Origin: Octopus vulgaris
Lineage: Eukaryota
DNA length: 64,000 bases
Direction: 5' to 3'
Assembly (NCBI GenBank): GCA_951406725.2
Contig: OX597825.1
Coordinates: forward strand, 83,204,001-83,268,000
Shown: in pieces, positions 26,579 to 41,296 of the stretch
How the letters are laid out: each line of letters opens with the position of its first letter
How positions within the stretch are numbered: the first letter of the stretch is position 1
Notes under the pieces: generated by a model
The model's database searches: none
Seen by the model: the letters and a program-made list of their open reading frames with translations, nothing else
What the model was told of the DNA's origin: nothing
Translations under genes and position numbers: made by a program

Positions 26579-26665
26579 GGTATAAATGTGTATATATATG
26601 TGTGTGTGTGTATATGTATATATATAAATAAATATATATGTATATATATATACATATATATATGT

Positions 26666-26711
<46 letters not shown>

Positions 26712-26847
26712 TAAACCCTTGCCATTTCACGGTTCGCCTATTGCAGTTTATTAGATAAGCTTACGTCCTTTCCTCCGTGGTGCTGTTTTGCATTTATAAT
26801 AAAATGATATGTGTAAATCATAAAACCAAAGAAAAATATACACCACA

Positions 26848-27125
26848 GCAGTGCTTCTCCAGCTATTTAATGTGGCCTAATGGCGTTTTTTTTTCCCAAT
26901 GTACCAAGGACCGGTAATATTTCTTATCCATATCAATTTAAACCAGAAACAATACATATATTGAAAATAATAAAAATTGACTATTTCTTAATGTTAGATT
27001 TGTTTTGTAAACAAATAATACAATTTTACCTGAACATTTTACGACCATTTTATAAGAATTTTATAATGTTTCTCTTTTTTCAGGAAACTCGCCGTGTACC
27101 GGCACCAGTCCAGTGTTTGATCCAG
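26848..27125 (+). mobile_element. Possible hAT (Charlie/Buster-like) end remnant
   Basis: Starts CAGTGCTTCTCCA; subterminal GGACCGG and GTACCGGCACCAGTCC motifs; matching other end not found. Confidence 0.35.
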
Positions 27126-28016
27126 GTCTATGAACTTTGAGTTTATTTCCCGACATGTCGTACGTGTGTGTTGGAGCTAATCCGTTGCATGACTTCTGAC
27201 CATCACCTGAGACTTCATGTGCATTTGGGAAGATCTGCTCTTTTGCCAGTATTTCCACCACGTTTTCAGTTTGAGAATACTTTCCGTTTTTTTCCCACTG
27301 GTTTCGGAGGATATAACAAGGTTCGAAAGCAATTTTTCTCCCCTTGTTAAAAATTTCAAAAAATCGTGTGTAACTTCACTGACCGGTTCAAATCTTTCTA
27401 TAACTGATTAAGTGAACTTCAAAGTAAAGATGTAACTAGCGCTCTCTGTTGCAGTTTAATCTCCGACTCTATAACATATTTCTAATGAAACAATGGAAAC
27501 GCATCTGCAAGGCCTGACAATACATGGTAGATATAACGGCCAAATTGCTTTCATAATTTACGCCAGCAGATTAAAAAGGACCTGTGTTTCTGACTTTTTG
27601 CTTATATGAAGATGTATGCCTCACATCGCTTCAAATCCTTTTTGATTACAGGTTTGCTCAACTAGACTTGTCCTGAACTAAAGAATAACAACTGAAGAAA
27701 ATGAAACGGTTATACCTGGAATACATTTGTCTTGATCATGGCCTATGTTGGTCGCCTGACTAGAAGCCATCTGCTTTAAAGCACACTGCGTGCTTTCACT
27801 AGGAGTTTCATCCCCCCTGGTGGGGGGAAACAAACTATGTGTAGATTCATGAGTAAGCATAATCAGCGGAAACCTACCTAACGTTCCTAATAACCCTGCT
27901 TTGTAACATGAAACGTGTTTTTGAAGACTGTTCCGAGATGAATTGGAAACTTCCTGGATTTACCAGAGGTGACCGATATCCTCATCATTATCTCCTAGAG
28001 ATCTTTTGTTGTTATA

Positions 28017-28865
28017 GATGTCATCGTTCATCACCTTCTTCACCATCATCATCATCATCATGATTATCATCATGATCATCATCATGATCATTATCATGAT
28101 CATGATCATGATGATCATCATCATCATCATCGTTGTCGTCGTCGTCGTCGTCATAATCATCGTCGTCGTCGTTGTCGTCGTCAACATCGTCATCGTCGCC
28201 ATCATCATCATCGTCGTCATCCTCATCATCGTCGTCCTCATCACCAGCATTAGCATTAGCAGCAGCGTCAGCAGCGTCAATCTAATCAACATTATTATCA
28301 TTCTCATCCTTAATCTTTTCTCTCATGGGCCCCACGACAATCCTCATTGTCTTATCTTCAGTGCTATCTTTATTGTTAACATCAGCAGCATCACCATCAG
28401 CATCCACATCGTCATCATCACCAATAGCATAATCAAATTCATGGTCCCCCCTACCATCGCCATCCCTATTGTCATCATTATCAAGATCATCAATATGAAC
28501 ACCTTTATTATGATCACTATCATGTTTAACCTCCTAATACTCCTCCTCCTCCTCCTCCCCTTCATCATCATCATCATCATCACCATCTTTAATCTGATCA
28601 TCAGCACCATATTCAATTTCAATCTCTTCCCTTCATCATCATCACCATCATCATCGTCATCCTCCTCCTAATCATCATCAACAAAATAATCATCATCATC
28701 ATCATTATCATCATTTACATCAGACAGAACATCTTCATGAACCATTCCGTCCAACTCCCAAACCCCTCATCTCCTTCTCCTTCTACTTTTTCTTCTCCTT
28801 TTTCTTCTCCTCCATCTTTTCCTTTTTCTTCTTCTCCTTCTCATTTTCTTTCTTTCTTCTACTTC

Positions 28866-28897
<32 letters not shown>

Positions 28898-29120
28898 CTT
28901 CTTCTTCTTCTTCTTCTTCTTCTTGTTTTTCGTCTTCATCTTCTTCTCCTTATCTCCTTTTCCTTCTCTTTCGTCTTTTTTCTTCATCTTCTTCTGCTCA
29001 CCTCCTTTTCCTTCTTCTTCTTCTTTTACTACACCTTCTTTTCCTTCTCCTCCTCCTTCTTCTTCTTCTCCTTCTTCCTTTTCTTATTCTTCTCCTCCTC
29101 CTCCTCCATCGTTTTCTTCC
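28017..29120. repeat. Long compound triplet low-complexity region (CAT/CGT, then CTT/CCT)
   Basis: Seen directly; a second block (AAG/GAT) of opposite strand polarity lies at 29555-29945. Confidence 0.95.
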
Positions 29121-29752
29121 TCTGTCTATATCTCAACAGCCACACTCTCCGTCTCCACACTCACGCTTTTTGACTTAATTGTATTCAAGTCGTCGACCGA
29201 AACTACAAACTTAATTTCCATAGTTTCGCATGAAATTCAATTAGCAATTACTACACCTGTCTTTCATTTTTACTCCCTGAATCTCTTCCTAAATATATTT
29301 GCACGATTCAAGTAAAAGCCTATCTGACTAAATAATATAATTTAATTGTCAAATATAACTCGGTTGAAATTCGAAATTCTGTTCAGGCTACGACATAATC
29401 CTCTAATTATTCTGTTGAAAATAGCTCAAAGCGCGTTGTTCTCCTTTTTTTTTATCGTTTCACGATATTTACTCATATAATTCAAACGTGCTATGAACAA
29501 TATTTAATATATCTTCCATATCCAAATATTAAGTGTAGCCTTAAATACTCCATTTATAAATAAATAATAATAGTAATGGTGATAACAACGGTAATAATAG
29601 TAGTGATGATCATGATGATGATGATGATAAGAAAAAGAAAAAAAAAGAAGAAGAGAAAGGAAAAGAAGAAGAGGAAGGAGAAAAAGAAGAAGAATGAGGA
29701 GGAGGTGGAGAAGAATGAGGAGGAGGCGGAGAAGAAGTAGAAGAAGAAGAAG

Positions 29753-29784
<32 letters not shown>

Positions 29785-30183
29785 GATGATGATGAAGAAG
29801 AAGAAAGAAAAGAAGAAGAAAAGAAGAAGAAGAAGAAGGAGAAGGGGTGAAGAAGAAGAAGAAGAAGAAGGAGAAGGGGTAAAGAAGAAGAAGAAGAAGA
29901 AGAAGATGATGATGATGATGATGATCAATAACATTAATAATAATATAAACGTAACCCTAATTTAAGGATAATTGCACTTTACGTCGCATTTCTCTTGTAA
30001 AACTAGCAGAATTGATAATAGCGATTTGTGTAGTTGGTCGATACGAATCTTTGATTGGAATTAAGTCCTGGACATACTGACACACATTTCGACCATTACT
30101 GCTGAAATGCAGTTCATTATGCATACATGTAGACATTACATGCATGCATGTATACATGTAGGCATTATATATGTACATGCATA

Positions 30184-30225
<42 letters not shown>

Positions 30226-30228
<3 letters not shown>

Positions 30229-30451
30229 TTTTATTCTTGTATTTGTTTCATTCATTTGACTGCGGCCATGCCGGAGCACCGCTTTTAGTTGAGCAAATCG
30301 ATTCCAGGACTAATTCTTTGTAAACCTTGCACTTATTCTATCGAGGTACTTTGCCGAATCGCTGAGTTACGTGGACGTAAACACGCGAGGATCGGTTGTC
30401 AAGCGATGGTGCGAAGGAACACATACACACGATCATACACAGACACACAAT

Positions 30452-30538
<87 letters not shown>

Positions 30539-30649
30539 TATTAAAGTATGTATAGGACGAGCTTCTTTCAGTTTCCGTCTACGAAATACACTCATAATGC
30601 TTTGATCGTCTCGAGGCTGTAGCAGAAGACACTTGCTCAAGATCGCCAT
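30226..30649 (-). mobile_element. SINE family C, head interrupted
   Basis: Tail, internal (CA)n(TA)n and CORE-like part present; homology stops at ~30649. Confidence 0.85.
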
Positions 30650-30650
30650 T

Positions 30651-31583
30651 TGTACGCTGCACGGCCGTATACCTAACAAATTAATAATAAGAGAAAGCCA
30701 TGATACATGAATATATTATACAGTGCCAAAGGAAATGAATAAAGGACGTCACGCCGTTCTACTTTTATAGAGAGAAGATAGACTTTATTCACAGTGTACA
30801 AAGTGAGTTGTCATTACCAGCGTAGTTTTGTGGTATGAATGCATATGTATAATATTTGTGTCTGTGTGTTTGTGTGTGGGACAGAAGGTACAGATAAAGG
30901 TGCATGGGAATAGAATAGAATTATAGAGCATAAGAGAAGTCTCAGCATATTGAGTTAAGATAGTTATTTTACCAGTTCACGTGGTACACGATAATAAGTT
31001 TTATAACAAGATTTGCGTCTCGAAGTGTAGACTAGATAAATCACTTGTTGTGCAGGTTTCTCTTGGTATAGATTGTTCTTTCAGATATATATACTGCAAC
31101 TGTTTTTCCGTGGCGATAGTTTAACACAAACGGGGTGAGATGAATCTGTGTATTTGTGTTGTTGTGTACAAGTTGAAATCTTGTGATGCAGACGACGTTG
31201 GTAATGACATTCTGTCTGTCGCTGGTATACAATAGCGTCTTCATAGTATGGTTGGCTAGCTGTCGTTCGAACTGGAACATGGCTGAGTAAGCTCTGTGTG
31301 GTCTCCGACTAGACCTTAGATGGTCTAAAGCCGAAAGACGATGAATAGTGGAAATACTAGCCTATTTAGGAGTGAATATGACTCAATTCACAGATCCTAT
31401 CCAAAAGCCGTGGTTGGTCAGTTTACACACTGGCGCGAAATAAGTAGAGAGACAGACCGCGTTAGACGCTAACCAATCAGATCAGTGGACACAAAAGGTT
31501 TAAACTAGCCAAAGACGGTTGTAATCTCAAACAAGATCATTCCTGATGTTTTTCTTAAACAGTGAGGATAGCAATATTACTAC

Positions 31584-31589
<6 letters not shown>
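30651..31589 (-). mobile_element. Possible solo LTR
   Basis: TGTA...TACA ends, begins exactly where the SINE breaks, with CCAAT (31473), TATA-like (31361-31370) and minus-strand AATAAA (30784-30789) in LTR order; no TSD. Confidence 0.35.
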
Positions 31590-31657
<68 letters not shown>

Positions 31658-32410
31658 GAATTCACAAAAAAGAAAGACAGAGACAGGTGGTGTAGACAAC
31701 AAACAGATGTATTAGTTTAACGCTGGAAATCCTTTGAAGTAGTGTACAGGTTTTTTTTACATCAAATAAAAATTTTATATGTGGTTAAAAATTATTCATT
31801 TAGCGCTTTCGTAACTGTTACGAAAATGGTAACTACTTTCCCTTCGCAATTATGAGATTCCAGTTTCGATTCTACAAGGTCGTATCAGAAGTGCCAATGT
31901 CATAAGCAAATAATTTAATGCTATCCGCATAGACATCCCTTTACGTATAACATGCATCTTCTTCTCACCCAATTCGAAAATCCCGGAAATATGTAGGCCA
32001 TGAAGTCTGGCTGCCCTCAGTAACCGAACGTTACAATTTTGTTACGTATTGGATACGTTTTTACTGCTGATGCCGTTAATTGCATTTATATTTTTATTGT
32101 CTACAGCTTCGGAATAAAATACACGGATAAAAATTACATTTTCACTCCTGTCATTATTCCCCTCAACATCTCATCTCTTTACCTTGTTTTTCGTTTATTT
32201 GCTACATTAATTATAGCTTTCTGCTTTAAATTTCTCTCTTGAGACTCAAAGCTATTAATGTTATAAACAATACAAGTTTATTATTTTATAATCACTATTT
32301 ATTTTCAATTAATTCTTACGTTAATTTTCAGTTCAGATTTTAAACAGATCAGTAAGGAGACTGTCGACATAAATGCACACATAGATAATATATCACCGGG
32401 GTTACGTCTA

Positions 32411-32480
<70 letters not shown>

Positions 32481-32544
32481 AGTGTTTATCTATCTATGTG
32501 CCTATCTATGTCTCTATCTATCTGTCTATCTATCTGTCTATCTT

Positions 32545-32595
<51 letters not shown>

Positions 32596-32721
32596 AGACA
32601 GAGAGAGAGATATAGATAGATACATATGAGTGTATATATATATGTATATAGCTATGTAGATAAATAAATAAATAGATAGAAAGACAGATACGTGTGTGTA
32701 TATATATTGTATGTATATAGG

Positions 32722-32767
<46 letters not shown>

Positions 32768-33857
32768 GATAGATAGATAGAAAGAAAGATAGAAAGAAAA
32801 AAGAAAGTAAGTAAAGAGGATAGATTGATAGAGGATGGATGGATAGGTAGATAGAGAGACATTAAATATATTGTCCACTTCGATTTGTATTACCTCCTAC
32901 GCAGCATAAAATGTTTCCGATTCATTCATGGAACGGTATATTTATTGAGCTGTTTTGATACTTTTCTGATTTTGTTGTTTTTATATTGGTGGTCGTGGTG
33001 GTGGTTTTGGTGGTTTTGGTCATCGTCGTCGTCATCGTGTTGGTGTTGGAAGTCGTGCTGGTGATGTTATTTAGCTTCAATGGAGAAAATCCTAATGGAG
33101 AAAATCATCTCGACTACAAATTCTAACTAGGTCAGCTTTGCCGTTCATCGTTTCGGGTTGGATATAATTGACGTACACTATGCCAAAAAAAAAACCTGCT
33201 GGCCTTGTGCCAAAATTATGAAAGCAATATAAAGACGCTCCTACAATCTCGGCTCAGCTCACAAACAATGGTGAATGGTCATGTCACAAGGAAATAAGAT
33301 AAAATCAGAAAAAAACATGCAGAAATGAGAACTTGGTTGGAATAAGATACTATGGTGTATTTACAAACAATAGAGTAATACTGAATAAAAAAAAATCCCA
33401 TTCTTTCACTTTCACAGACTGTTTCGCACAGAGGTACCATTAATAGGCATCAACAGAGAGACAGTACGAAAATCTGAGACAAAAAATAACTTTTGGTACT
33501 TCTTTCCAACGACAGGATAATTTCGTAAATATGTATAGTATCGTGCAAATATCTTCGGCCATTTTAAACTATTGTGAATTTCTATTGATTACCAACATAT
33601 GAGCGGATGTTTAGTATCGTGTATTCTATAGATGAAACATTGGCCCTGTTGGAGTCATTTCGTTACCTAATCATTATATTTTGTAGTAGGGGTTCTGAAT
33701 GAAAGGGTGAGATGCGACGTTTGCACGGTATTGTGTGTACATATACAAATATGTGTGTGTGTGTGTCTATAGATAGATTGATTGACGCATACATACATAA
33801 ATACATACATACATACATACATACATACATACATACATACATACATACATAATGGAT

Positions 33858-34210
33858 GGAAGCACTACGTCGGTTATGACGACGAGGGTTCCGGTTGATC
33901 CGAATCAACGGAACAGCCTGCTCGTGAAATTAACGTGTAAGTGGCTGAGCACTCCACAGACACGTGTACCCTTAACGTAGTTCTCGGAGGTATTCAGCGT
34001 GACACAGAGAGTGACAAGGCCGGCCCTTTGAAGTACAGGTACAACAGAAACAGGAAGTAAGAGTGAGAGAAAGTTGTGGTGAAAGAGTACAGCAGGGATC
34101 ACCACCATCCCCTGCCGGAGCCTCGTGGAGATTTAGGTGTTTTCGCTCAATAAACACTCACAATCGAAACCGCGAGTCCGCTGCCCTAAGCGCTGGGCCA
34201 TTGCGCCTCC
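33858..34210 (-). mobile_element. SINE family A with deletions in the tRNA head
   Basis: Near-identical reverse complement of 5765-6146; probable TSD ACATACATAAT at 33843-33853 and 34213-34223. Confidence 0.95.
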
Positions 34211-34593
34211 ACACATACATAATATATACGTACATAAGCATACATCCTTCTGAGGCCTATCCAAGTTGACAAGAACGTCGGTCCAGGAGATTCATCCTCC
34301 ACCATCCCCAATACATTGTTTCTCACGGGTGCTGACGTCACTAACAAACGGATACAAGATAGCTAGATCGCAGAGTGCTGAGGGCACTGAGAGTGACACC
34401 GAATGGCGGCCGATGGCGTTGTTCATACGTCGTAATCCTCTCTTCATGGAGGCTCCTACGTTAGGTTTCGAAACGCACTACTCTAGCATTACGCAAGAAA
34501 TTCTATGCACTCAGCTTAATAGCTAGGGACTCACGAAAATCAACAGCGACATATCATATGCATATATATATTCATAAATATAGATATAAATAT

Positions 34594-34659
<66 letters not shown>

Positions 34660-34670
34660 GGGACAAACAA

Positions 34671-34710
<40 letters not shown>

Positions 34711-34794
34711 GTATACGTATACATATATGCGCAGGAGTGGTTGTGTGGTAAGAAATCGTGCCGACAAAAGTATGAGAATGCATATATGTATATG

Positions 34795-34865
<71 letters not shown>

Positions 34866-35519
34866 CACATATGTGTGCGTGTGTGTGTGTATAAGTGCGT
34901 GTTAGTGTGTGTTTATGTGCGTGTGTGTACATAGCTAAACATCGTTAAGTTTGCTTTGGGATGTCTGCATGTATACGTGCATATGGCAGTGACTGTGTGC
35001 ATATGTGCATATGTGCCCCTATGACTGTATATTAGAATGCAATGTTCTCTGGAGAGAGCGTAACACTCCGACATCAATTAACAATCATCTGCTGACGTCT
35101 AATTAGAAATTCATGCATTAAATTATCACTTTCATAATGAACTGGAAATGATTTGTTTTATTTTTTAATTATTAATGAATATTTATACTGCCACACCGTC
35201 GGTATTGATCAGCTTGAGGGAATACGCTTGGCATACATACAAAAGTCGTACTCTAACATACATGTGGATATTTTTCATTATATATATATATATACATCCA
35301 TACATATATACATATATAGATTTTGATGAACATGGCACTGAAGTTGATGCACCAGAATTTAGTACGGTATTATCCATACAATTTCAAAATAAGCAACAAG
35401 GATATCCAGAGATAATGCAGTACGATCGTTTGACGCAACTCCATTTAATTGAACAATTCATCCATTACATCACTGATTAAGCGATTATATTCCTTTTCTA
35501 TGGTGTTCTGCCCTACCAA

Positions 35520-36190
35520 ATTATTTTATTCCTTTGTTATTTCATAATAGCCTTTATTTATTTATTTATAAAATAAATCCAATATTTGTACCTCTATAAG
35601 CTCATTCTTAGCTTATATATAACAATACTGGTATATTCACTACTTAAAATAAACTGCTCAGATTATAATGAAATTAATTCATTGTTAGTATCTTCTTTTA
35701 CCTCAGTACTCCTTTATTAAATACCAGTATTTATCAATTGATCAATATCCACTGATACCCTCTGATTAGTATTTAAGTCTATAATATGTATAAATAGTAA
35801 ACTATTTCTGGATAATTTTCTTTTCCTCCCTCTACTTTGGTAAAAGTTTGGTATATACTCGAAAGTATTACTTAACACATTTTATCCTTTTGTTATAGTC
35901 ATCCTTCTTAATAATCCTCTGAACAACCCTAAACTTTAACTTTATAAAATATAGCAGTATAACTTAAAATATTTTACTATAGTACCACATGATAAGCTTT
36001 CCCCTGTTTTCATTATCAATGGTCTGCTAGTAGCCAACCCCCTTAATTGTCAACTAACATCTTGACTTAAGCTTTCTGTTACCAAATTTCATGATATTGC
36101 TTCAAATAAATCTTGATTTTTATGACTATCCCCACTATGATTTCAATCGACTCCCTCAGCTCTACCAGAATAAGCCTCACCTACTCCAAT
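35520..36190 (-). mobile_element. Highly decayed reverse-transcriptase remnant, R4/Dong-like
   Basis: Minus-strand KAYHVV (cf. KAYDSVPH) near 35983-36000 and YKYWI (cf. YKYLGI) near 35577-35591, in the expected order. Confidence 0.45.
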
Positions 36191-37089
36191 GGACTTAGAA
36201 CAGGCGAAACACTTTCGTTATGCACGATCCACCATATTTAAAAATTGCATCTATTATATTTAATAATTTGTTGTTAGATCTTTTACACTTCACTGGTTCA
36301 GAACAGAAGGACTTTTGCGGGCTGGGAGTTAGACAATTATTATACACCGTGTACTGTATCAAAATCACATCTGATCATTCAGTGATAGATTCTGGCAGCT
36401 TCAACGAAAACAACTTTTCTGAAGTGATTCTAGAAGAAGCGGAAGGTTTTAAATACCAAATTGTTCGCTTCACACGCTGTAAAGATTGACATCTGGATCT
36501 GTATTCTGGTGTGAAGTATGTTTATTCTTTTAGCTTTCATCAGCATTTGTTTATAAAGTTTAGTTTATAAAGTATCAGTAAAGAATGCGTCGTATTGTGT
36601 GAAATTAAATGATTTTTATTTACAAAGCAATTCCTCCTCATTCTGCTAGGAAAATGTGAGCTTTATTGTGTGTCTTGATAACAGGCCTTTGTGTACTTTG
36701 GCAGAAACGAAAATCGAGATGTTTGCATAAGCACAGCCCTTTATATAATCAACGGCAATTTCGCTGATGTCCTTAAAGTTGACATTAAACTACTTGAGTG
36801 TTTAGAGAACTTGTATTTCCTGCCTGGAAATGCTTCAATGACATGTCTTTCGCAGTCCGCTCCATAGACATACATATCATAAATTTCTAATTTACTTTTG
36901 CTGTCTCTATATTAAAATTTTAAACAAATTAATACATATAAAATAATTCTCACCGTTTTTCTCTATGTGTGATTACCTTCAGATTTAGTTGTTAAATAAG
37001 TCATTGACTTTAGAAATGATGGAACGAATAATATAACGTGTACGTCTAACATTCTGAGATTATTTGAATGACTTTAAATATATTATTAA

Positions 37090-37463
37090 CTAGCAGTATC
37101 GCCCGGCGTTGCTCGGGTTTCTTTCGACCCTTTAGAATTGGAATTTTTGTAAAAATGTTGCATTATGTAGCTTGTTATTCTCCTTAAGTTAACACTATTC
37201 TGGTTGAAATACACCAAAACAGCAGTCAAAATGTCGTAAAAAATAGGGATTTTCTGAGAAAAAAAGCACCTTTCTGATGTAAATAAATTTTGATGCTAAC
37301 ATGGTCCGATTTGAATTTTTTCTTCTACGGAAAAAAGAGCAAGCCTTCTATCATACTCTCAATTTTGGTCAACTTGCGCCGCAGGGTCTCGGAGTAGATA
37401 GTGTTAGTTGAAGGCTACCAAACCTGCCATACACAGACAACTTCAGCTTTATATAGAGAGAGA
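37090..37463 (-). mobile_element. Non-autonomous Helitron
   Basis: Minus strand begins TC after host A and ends CCCGAGCAACGCCGGG hairpin + CGATACTG + CTAG before host T; no TSD. Confidence 0.85.
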
Positions 37464-38611
37464 TTTCGTGACGACTGCCGTATCACGAAGTCTAGCGAAA
37501 GGGTTCGGCTGAAAGAGGCAGTGCAGTATGCTGTGATTATTTCTACGGATGATTCTCTCGACATCAGTCAGAATAAGCAAAGAATTGATTTGGAAATGCT
37601 GGTGGTTTTGTGTTTCCTTCAAAATGGTTCCGGAGCGAAAATTATTTGGGAGCAACCGTTATATTATTCGATTCATTTATTTGTATATTTGTATATTTAT
37701 TTATTTATTTCCTTTACACTACGCCTAACACGTCTTCCTTTCCCGCATAAAATTGACTTTGGCCAAACCAGTATTTACCTTATCATTGAGACTACAGCAT
37801 AATTGGGAAACCGTCAACGTGGAAGTAGAGACAAGAATCATTTACTGAAGACCCGTCTCGAAATTTGTATCATTCTAAACCTCAACTTTCGCAACACAGT
37901 GGAACTCCAGTAAAGAAGCAGTCTTTATCTAACAGTCTTCATGTGTGATAGCCACGAACACATATGCGAGGACATAAAATCCAACCTTATGTAGCTATGG
38001 GGATAAAAGTTGGGGAGAGGAATCACACGTGTAAATACTAATCAACTAACCAAATTCTATCCCTCGATAACGGCCCATTCCTTTAACTGCTATTACCATC
38101 AGTATACTGAGGCCGAGAAACGTCCGAGTAGCCTACGTAGCTTCCTCTGCTCTTGTCGTGGAAATTTCTGGAGAGTTGTTGTGCATAAGAAACAAACAGA
38201 TGTGATTAATATGCCGGCAGGGCTAAGATACCAGGGGTGGGAATGAGGTTAGTATATTGCTCTGCGGTATAGTCAAACTGGAAACCATATATTTGTCCAC
38301 TCGTAATTGGATGGATTTCAGTGAAGAAGAATATCTGGTTGTACGTGGAGTGCAGCGTTTGTTATACAACAGATATTCAAGCCGAAGAGGAGCGCATGAG
38401 CAAAAATGATGTTTACGGGCGGTTGGTTCTGTTCGGGCAGTGATTAGATGCTCCATTGAACAGGATCAAAACAATCAGTCAGCTAAGAATGAGAACGTCT
38501 ACAACTGTATAACATGGTGAAGTTTCGAAAACATGTTCTTGATGGCGGCGTCCTAAGAGATTCTTCTTTACAAGGTGCTACGACATCACTTACTGAAATG
38601 AGATACGAGTA

Positions 38612-38988
38612 TACTCTTTACACTTTTTACTCCTTTACTTGTTTCAGTCATTTGACTGCGGCCATGCTGGAGCACCGCTTTTAGTCGAAAGTAAATCGAC
38701 CCCCAGGACTTATTCTTTGTAAGCCTAATACTTATTGTATCGGTCTCTTCTGCCGAACCACCATCGGTTGTCAAGCGATGTGGGTGGGCTATACACAGAC
38801 ACACAAACATATGTATACATATATACGGCGGACTTCTTTCAGTTTCCGTCAACCAATTCCACTCACAAGGCTTTGGTCGGCCCGAGGCTATAGTAGAATA
38901 CACTTGCCCAAGGTGCCATGCAGTGGGGATGAACCCGGAACCATGCGGTTTGTAAGCAAGCTACTTACCACACAGCCACTCCTGTGCC
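38612..38988 (-). mobile_element. SINE family C, near full length
   Basis: Head, CORE-like domain and GAGTAAAA-type tail all present. Confidence 0.92.
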
Positions 38989-39650
38989 TATATGTTGGGA
39001 AATATGAAGAATATTATATCTACGATTTGGTTTTATAGTAAACTTAGGTTTTACGACCAAACAACTGTAAGGAGAATATTTCCTTCTGGAAATCGAAATC
39101 TCGTACGTCAAATTAATTACCAGGAGTTAACTATTAACATGTTCTACCGTTACATCAGGTGCATTTCAAAGTTTCTTCCATCAGTTTACTTTGGTTCTAG
39201 CGACTAGTTTTGCAGTTGAACGTCGTATTATGTATTGCTTTCATTTTGTTATCTTTTTGTTGTTTCATCTCCTAATATTTATGAGATTTTTGTTCTTATT
39301 CTATTTCCTTTTCTCTTCATAATTAGTAAAACGAAATCATATACGCAAAATCCGTCAAGATTCCACGAGAAGATTTTATATATTTATCTTATTGTTTCTG
39401 TTAATACATCGTTTGTCTTTCGAGAGGAGTTAAAATTACATTAGATTTGAATTAACTCTAAGTTTATTACCATGTGGTTCACTGATATTGCGATACTGGA
39501 AACTCCATAAATACACAAGTTGAAAGAATATATTACAGAACTTACTTTCACGTATCGGCAATTCATTTTATATTTTTAAGTATTTAAGTAAGAATGTTAT
39601 CTATTCGCTTTCATAGGAGCTAAGTTACTATACACACCATCCATAAATTA

Positions 39651-39722
<72 letters not shown>

Positions 39723-39734
39723 TATCTATCTATC

Positions 39735-39765
<31 letters not shown>

Positions 39766-39831
39766 ATGTGTGTGTATATATATATATATATATATACATA
39801 CATACGAATGCAAAGTAATATATATATGTGC

Positions 39832-39868
<37 letters not shown>

Positions 39869-39888
39869 TGTGTATGTATGTATGTATT

Positions 39889-39937
<49 letters not shown>

Positions 39938-40511
39938 ATACATAAATGCATGTGTCTGTATGCTGATATATGCTTTTATACAGGATTACGTTCCTACATA
40001 CACACGTCATAGATAAGCTTTTGAAAAGATCAGTAACAGTCGTATATACCTTTTCTTTGTGTAGTTAACAATTTCAGTTTTCAGTTAGCCTAATGTCATC
40101 TTAATGTTTATTAGTATAATGATACAATTAAATCTAATGAAATTATACACGAGGAATGACGAGGGCAACCAATTATGGAGCCGACACGTAGTCCGTAATG
40201 ATACTTTGTGAAGTATCATACTATCAGAATTAGCACCTGTTATATATCATGGGCTATTTCCTAAAAGTTATCAAGGCGTGATTTTATAGATAATCCACTT
40301 TTTATTGTATGAAATTCAGGCTGAAGGTCAGATGTTATGAGAGAATTTGTTAATCGATTGATCGAATCTGTTACTTGACTAATATCCTATTTATCGAAGA
40401 AGGAAGGATATTAATACACACAGTGATATCTGAATCGCAGAAGACAAATTTGCGTGAGACTTGAGAACTCTCATACCTATTGCATCCCTTATGCCTTTTT
40501 TTTGTATACGC

Positions 40512-40705
40512 CATGATAGATCATTAGCTTCTACACGCATTTTTTCTCTCCTTGTTTCTCTCGTTGTTTTTTTCTTTCTGTGTATCTTTCTGTGCAAGAG
40601 CGTAGGCTCGAAACGTAAAAGACTTTTTCTATTCCTGAGCGCTATACTAATACATTTGTTTGTTTGTACACCACCTGCCTTCGTCTTTTGTTTATTTTCG
40701 TAAAC
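40512..40705 (+). mobile_element. Short Penelope-derived element, family P2
   Basis: TCTTT-CTGTGCA-A-GAGC-GTAG-GCTC-GAAACGTA-AAAGA at 40585-40622. Confidence 0.8.
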
Positions 40706-41196
40706 TTTGCCTCTCTCTCTATATATATATATATTGTTGAATCTAGTCTTATATGTAGTGTCATTTTACGCGCAATGGTAAATGCAGCCAATGAACGTAT
40801 AAGCATTTATGAGAAAATAGCCAATGTCTCTATCATATTAACTTTTGCCAGGGTAGAATCCGGTCCACGTGAGTCCAAATACTTTAATGTAAGTAGGGAG
40901 GTTGCTTCAGCCCGTTTGCCTTCGTACGGTTGATTTCTGTAGTTATTATCATTGTATTTTGGTGATTTAAGTGAGAGTTTTGACTGTTATTTCCAGCAGG
41001 TAGACATACTTAATATGTTCTTCGATTAATTTTAAATTATATATTTATATATATATATATATATATGTATATTATATATATATTGGTAAAAACGGTAAGA
41101 TAACAAAAGAAAGAAAGAGACCATCCTTTACTGGTCACAATGCGTTTTGCATCGTATTACCATTCAACTGACACTCCCCGCTGACCAAATAGGAGC

Positions 41197-41296
41197 CTGG
41201 AGCAACGTGAAATGAAGAGTCTTGCTCAAGAAGAACACAACGCACCAGCTAGTCAAGGAATCGAACCCATGATCTAGCGATTATAAATGCAACACT
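41197..41296 (-). mobile_element. Old CORE-type SINE head fragment
   Basis: Minus-strand B box GGTTCGATTCC followed by TTCTTGAGCAAGACTCTT (CORE-like). Confidence 0.7.

Noticed and set aside
28018-29934. Long hydrophobic or acidic D/E-rich protein exon
   Set aside because: Triplet low-complexity DNA; the acidic minus-strand frame has stops and no splice structure is evident
36279-36515. Possible exon between TTGTTAG and GTATGT
   Set aside because: All three frames contain a stop and no recognisable motif; a non-coding or terminal exon cannot be excluded without RNA data
37470-38580. Non-repetitive ORFs of 68-133 aa
   Set aside because: No recognisable family; the 133-aa ORF starts inside the Helitron; probably decayed retroelement sequence
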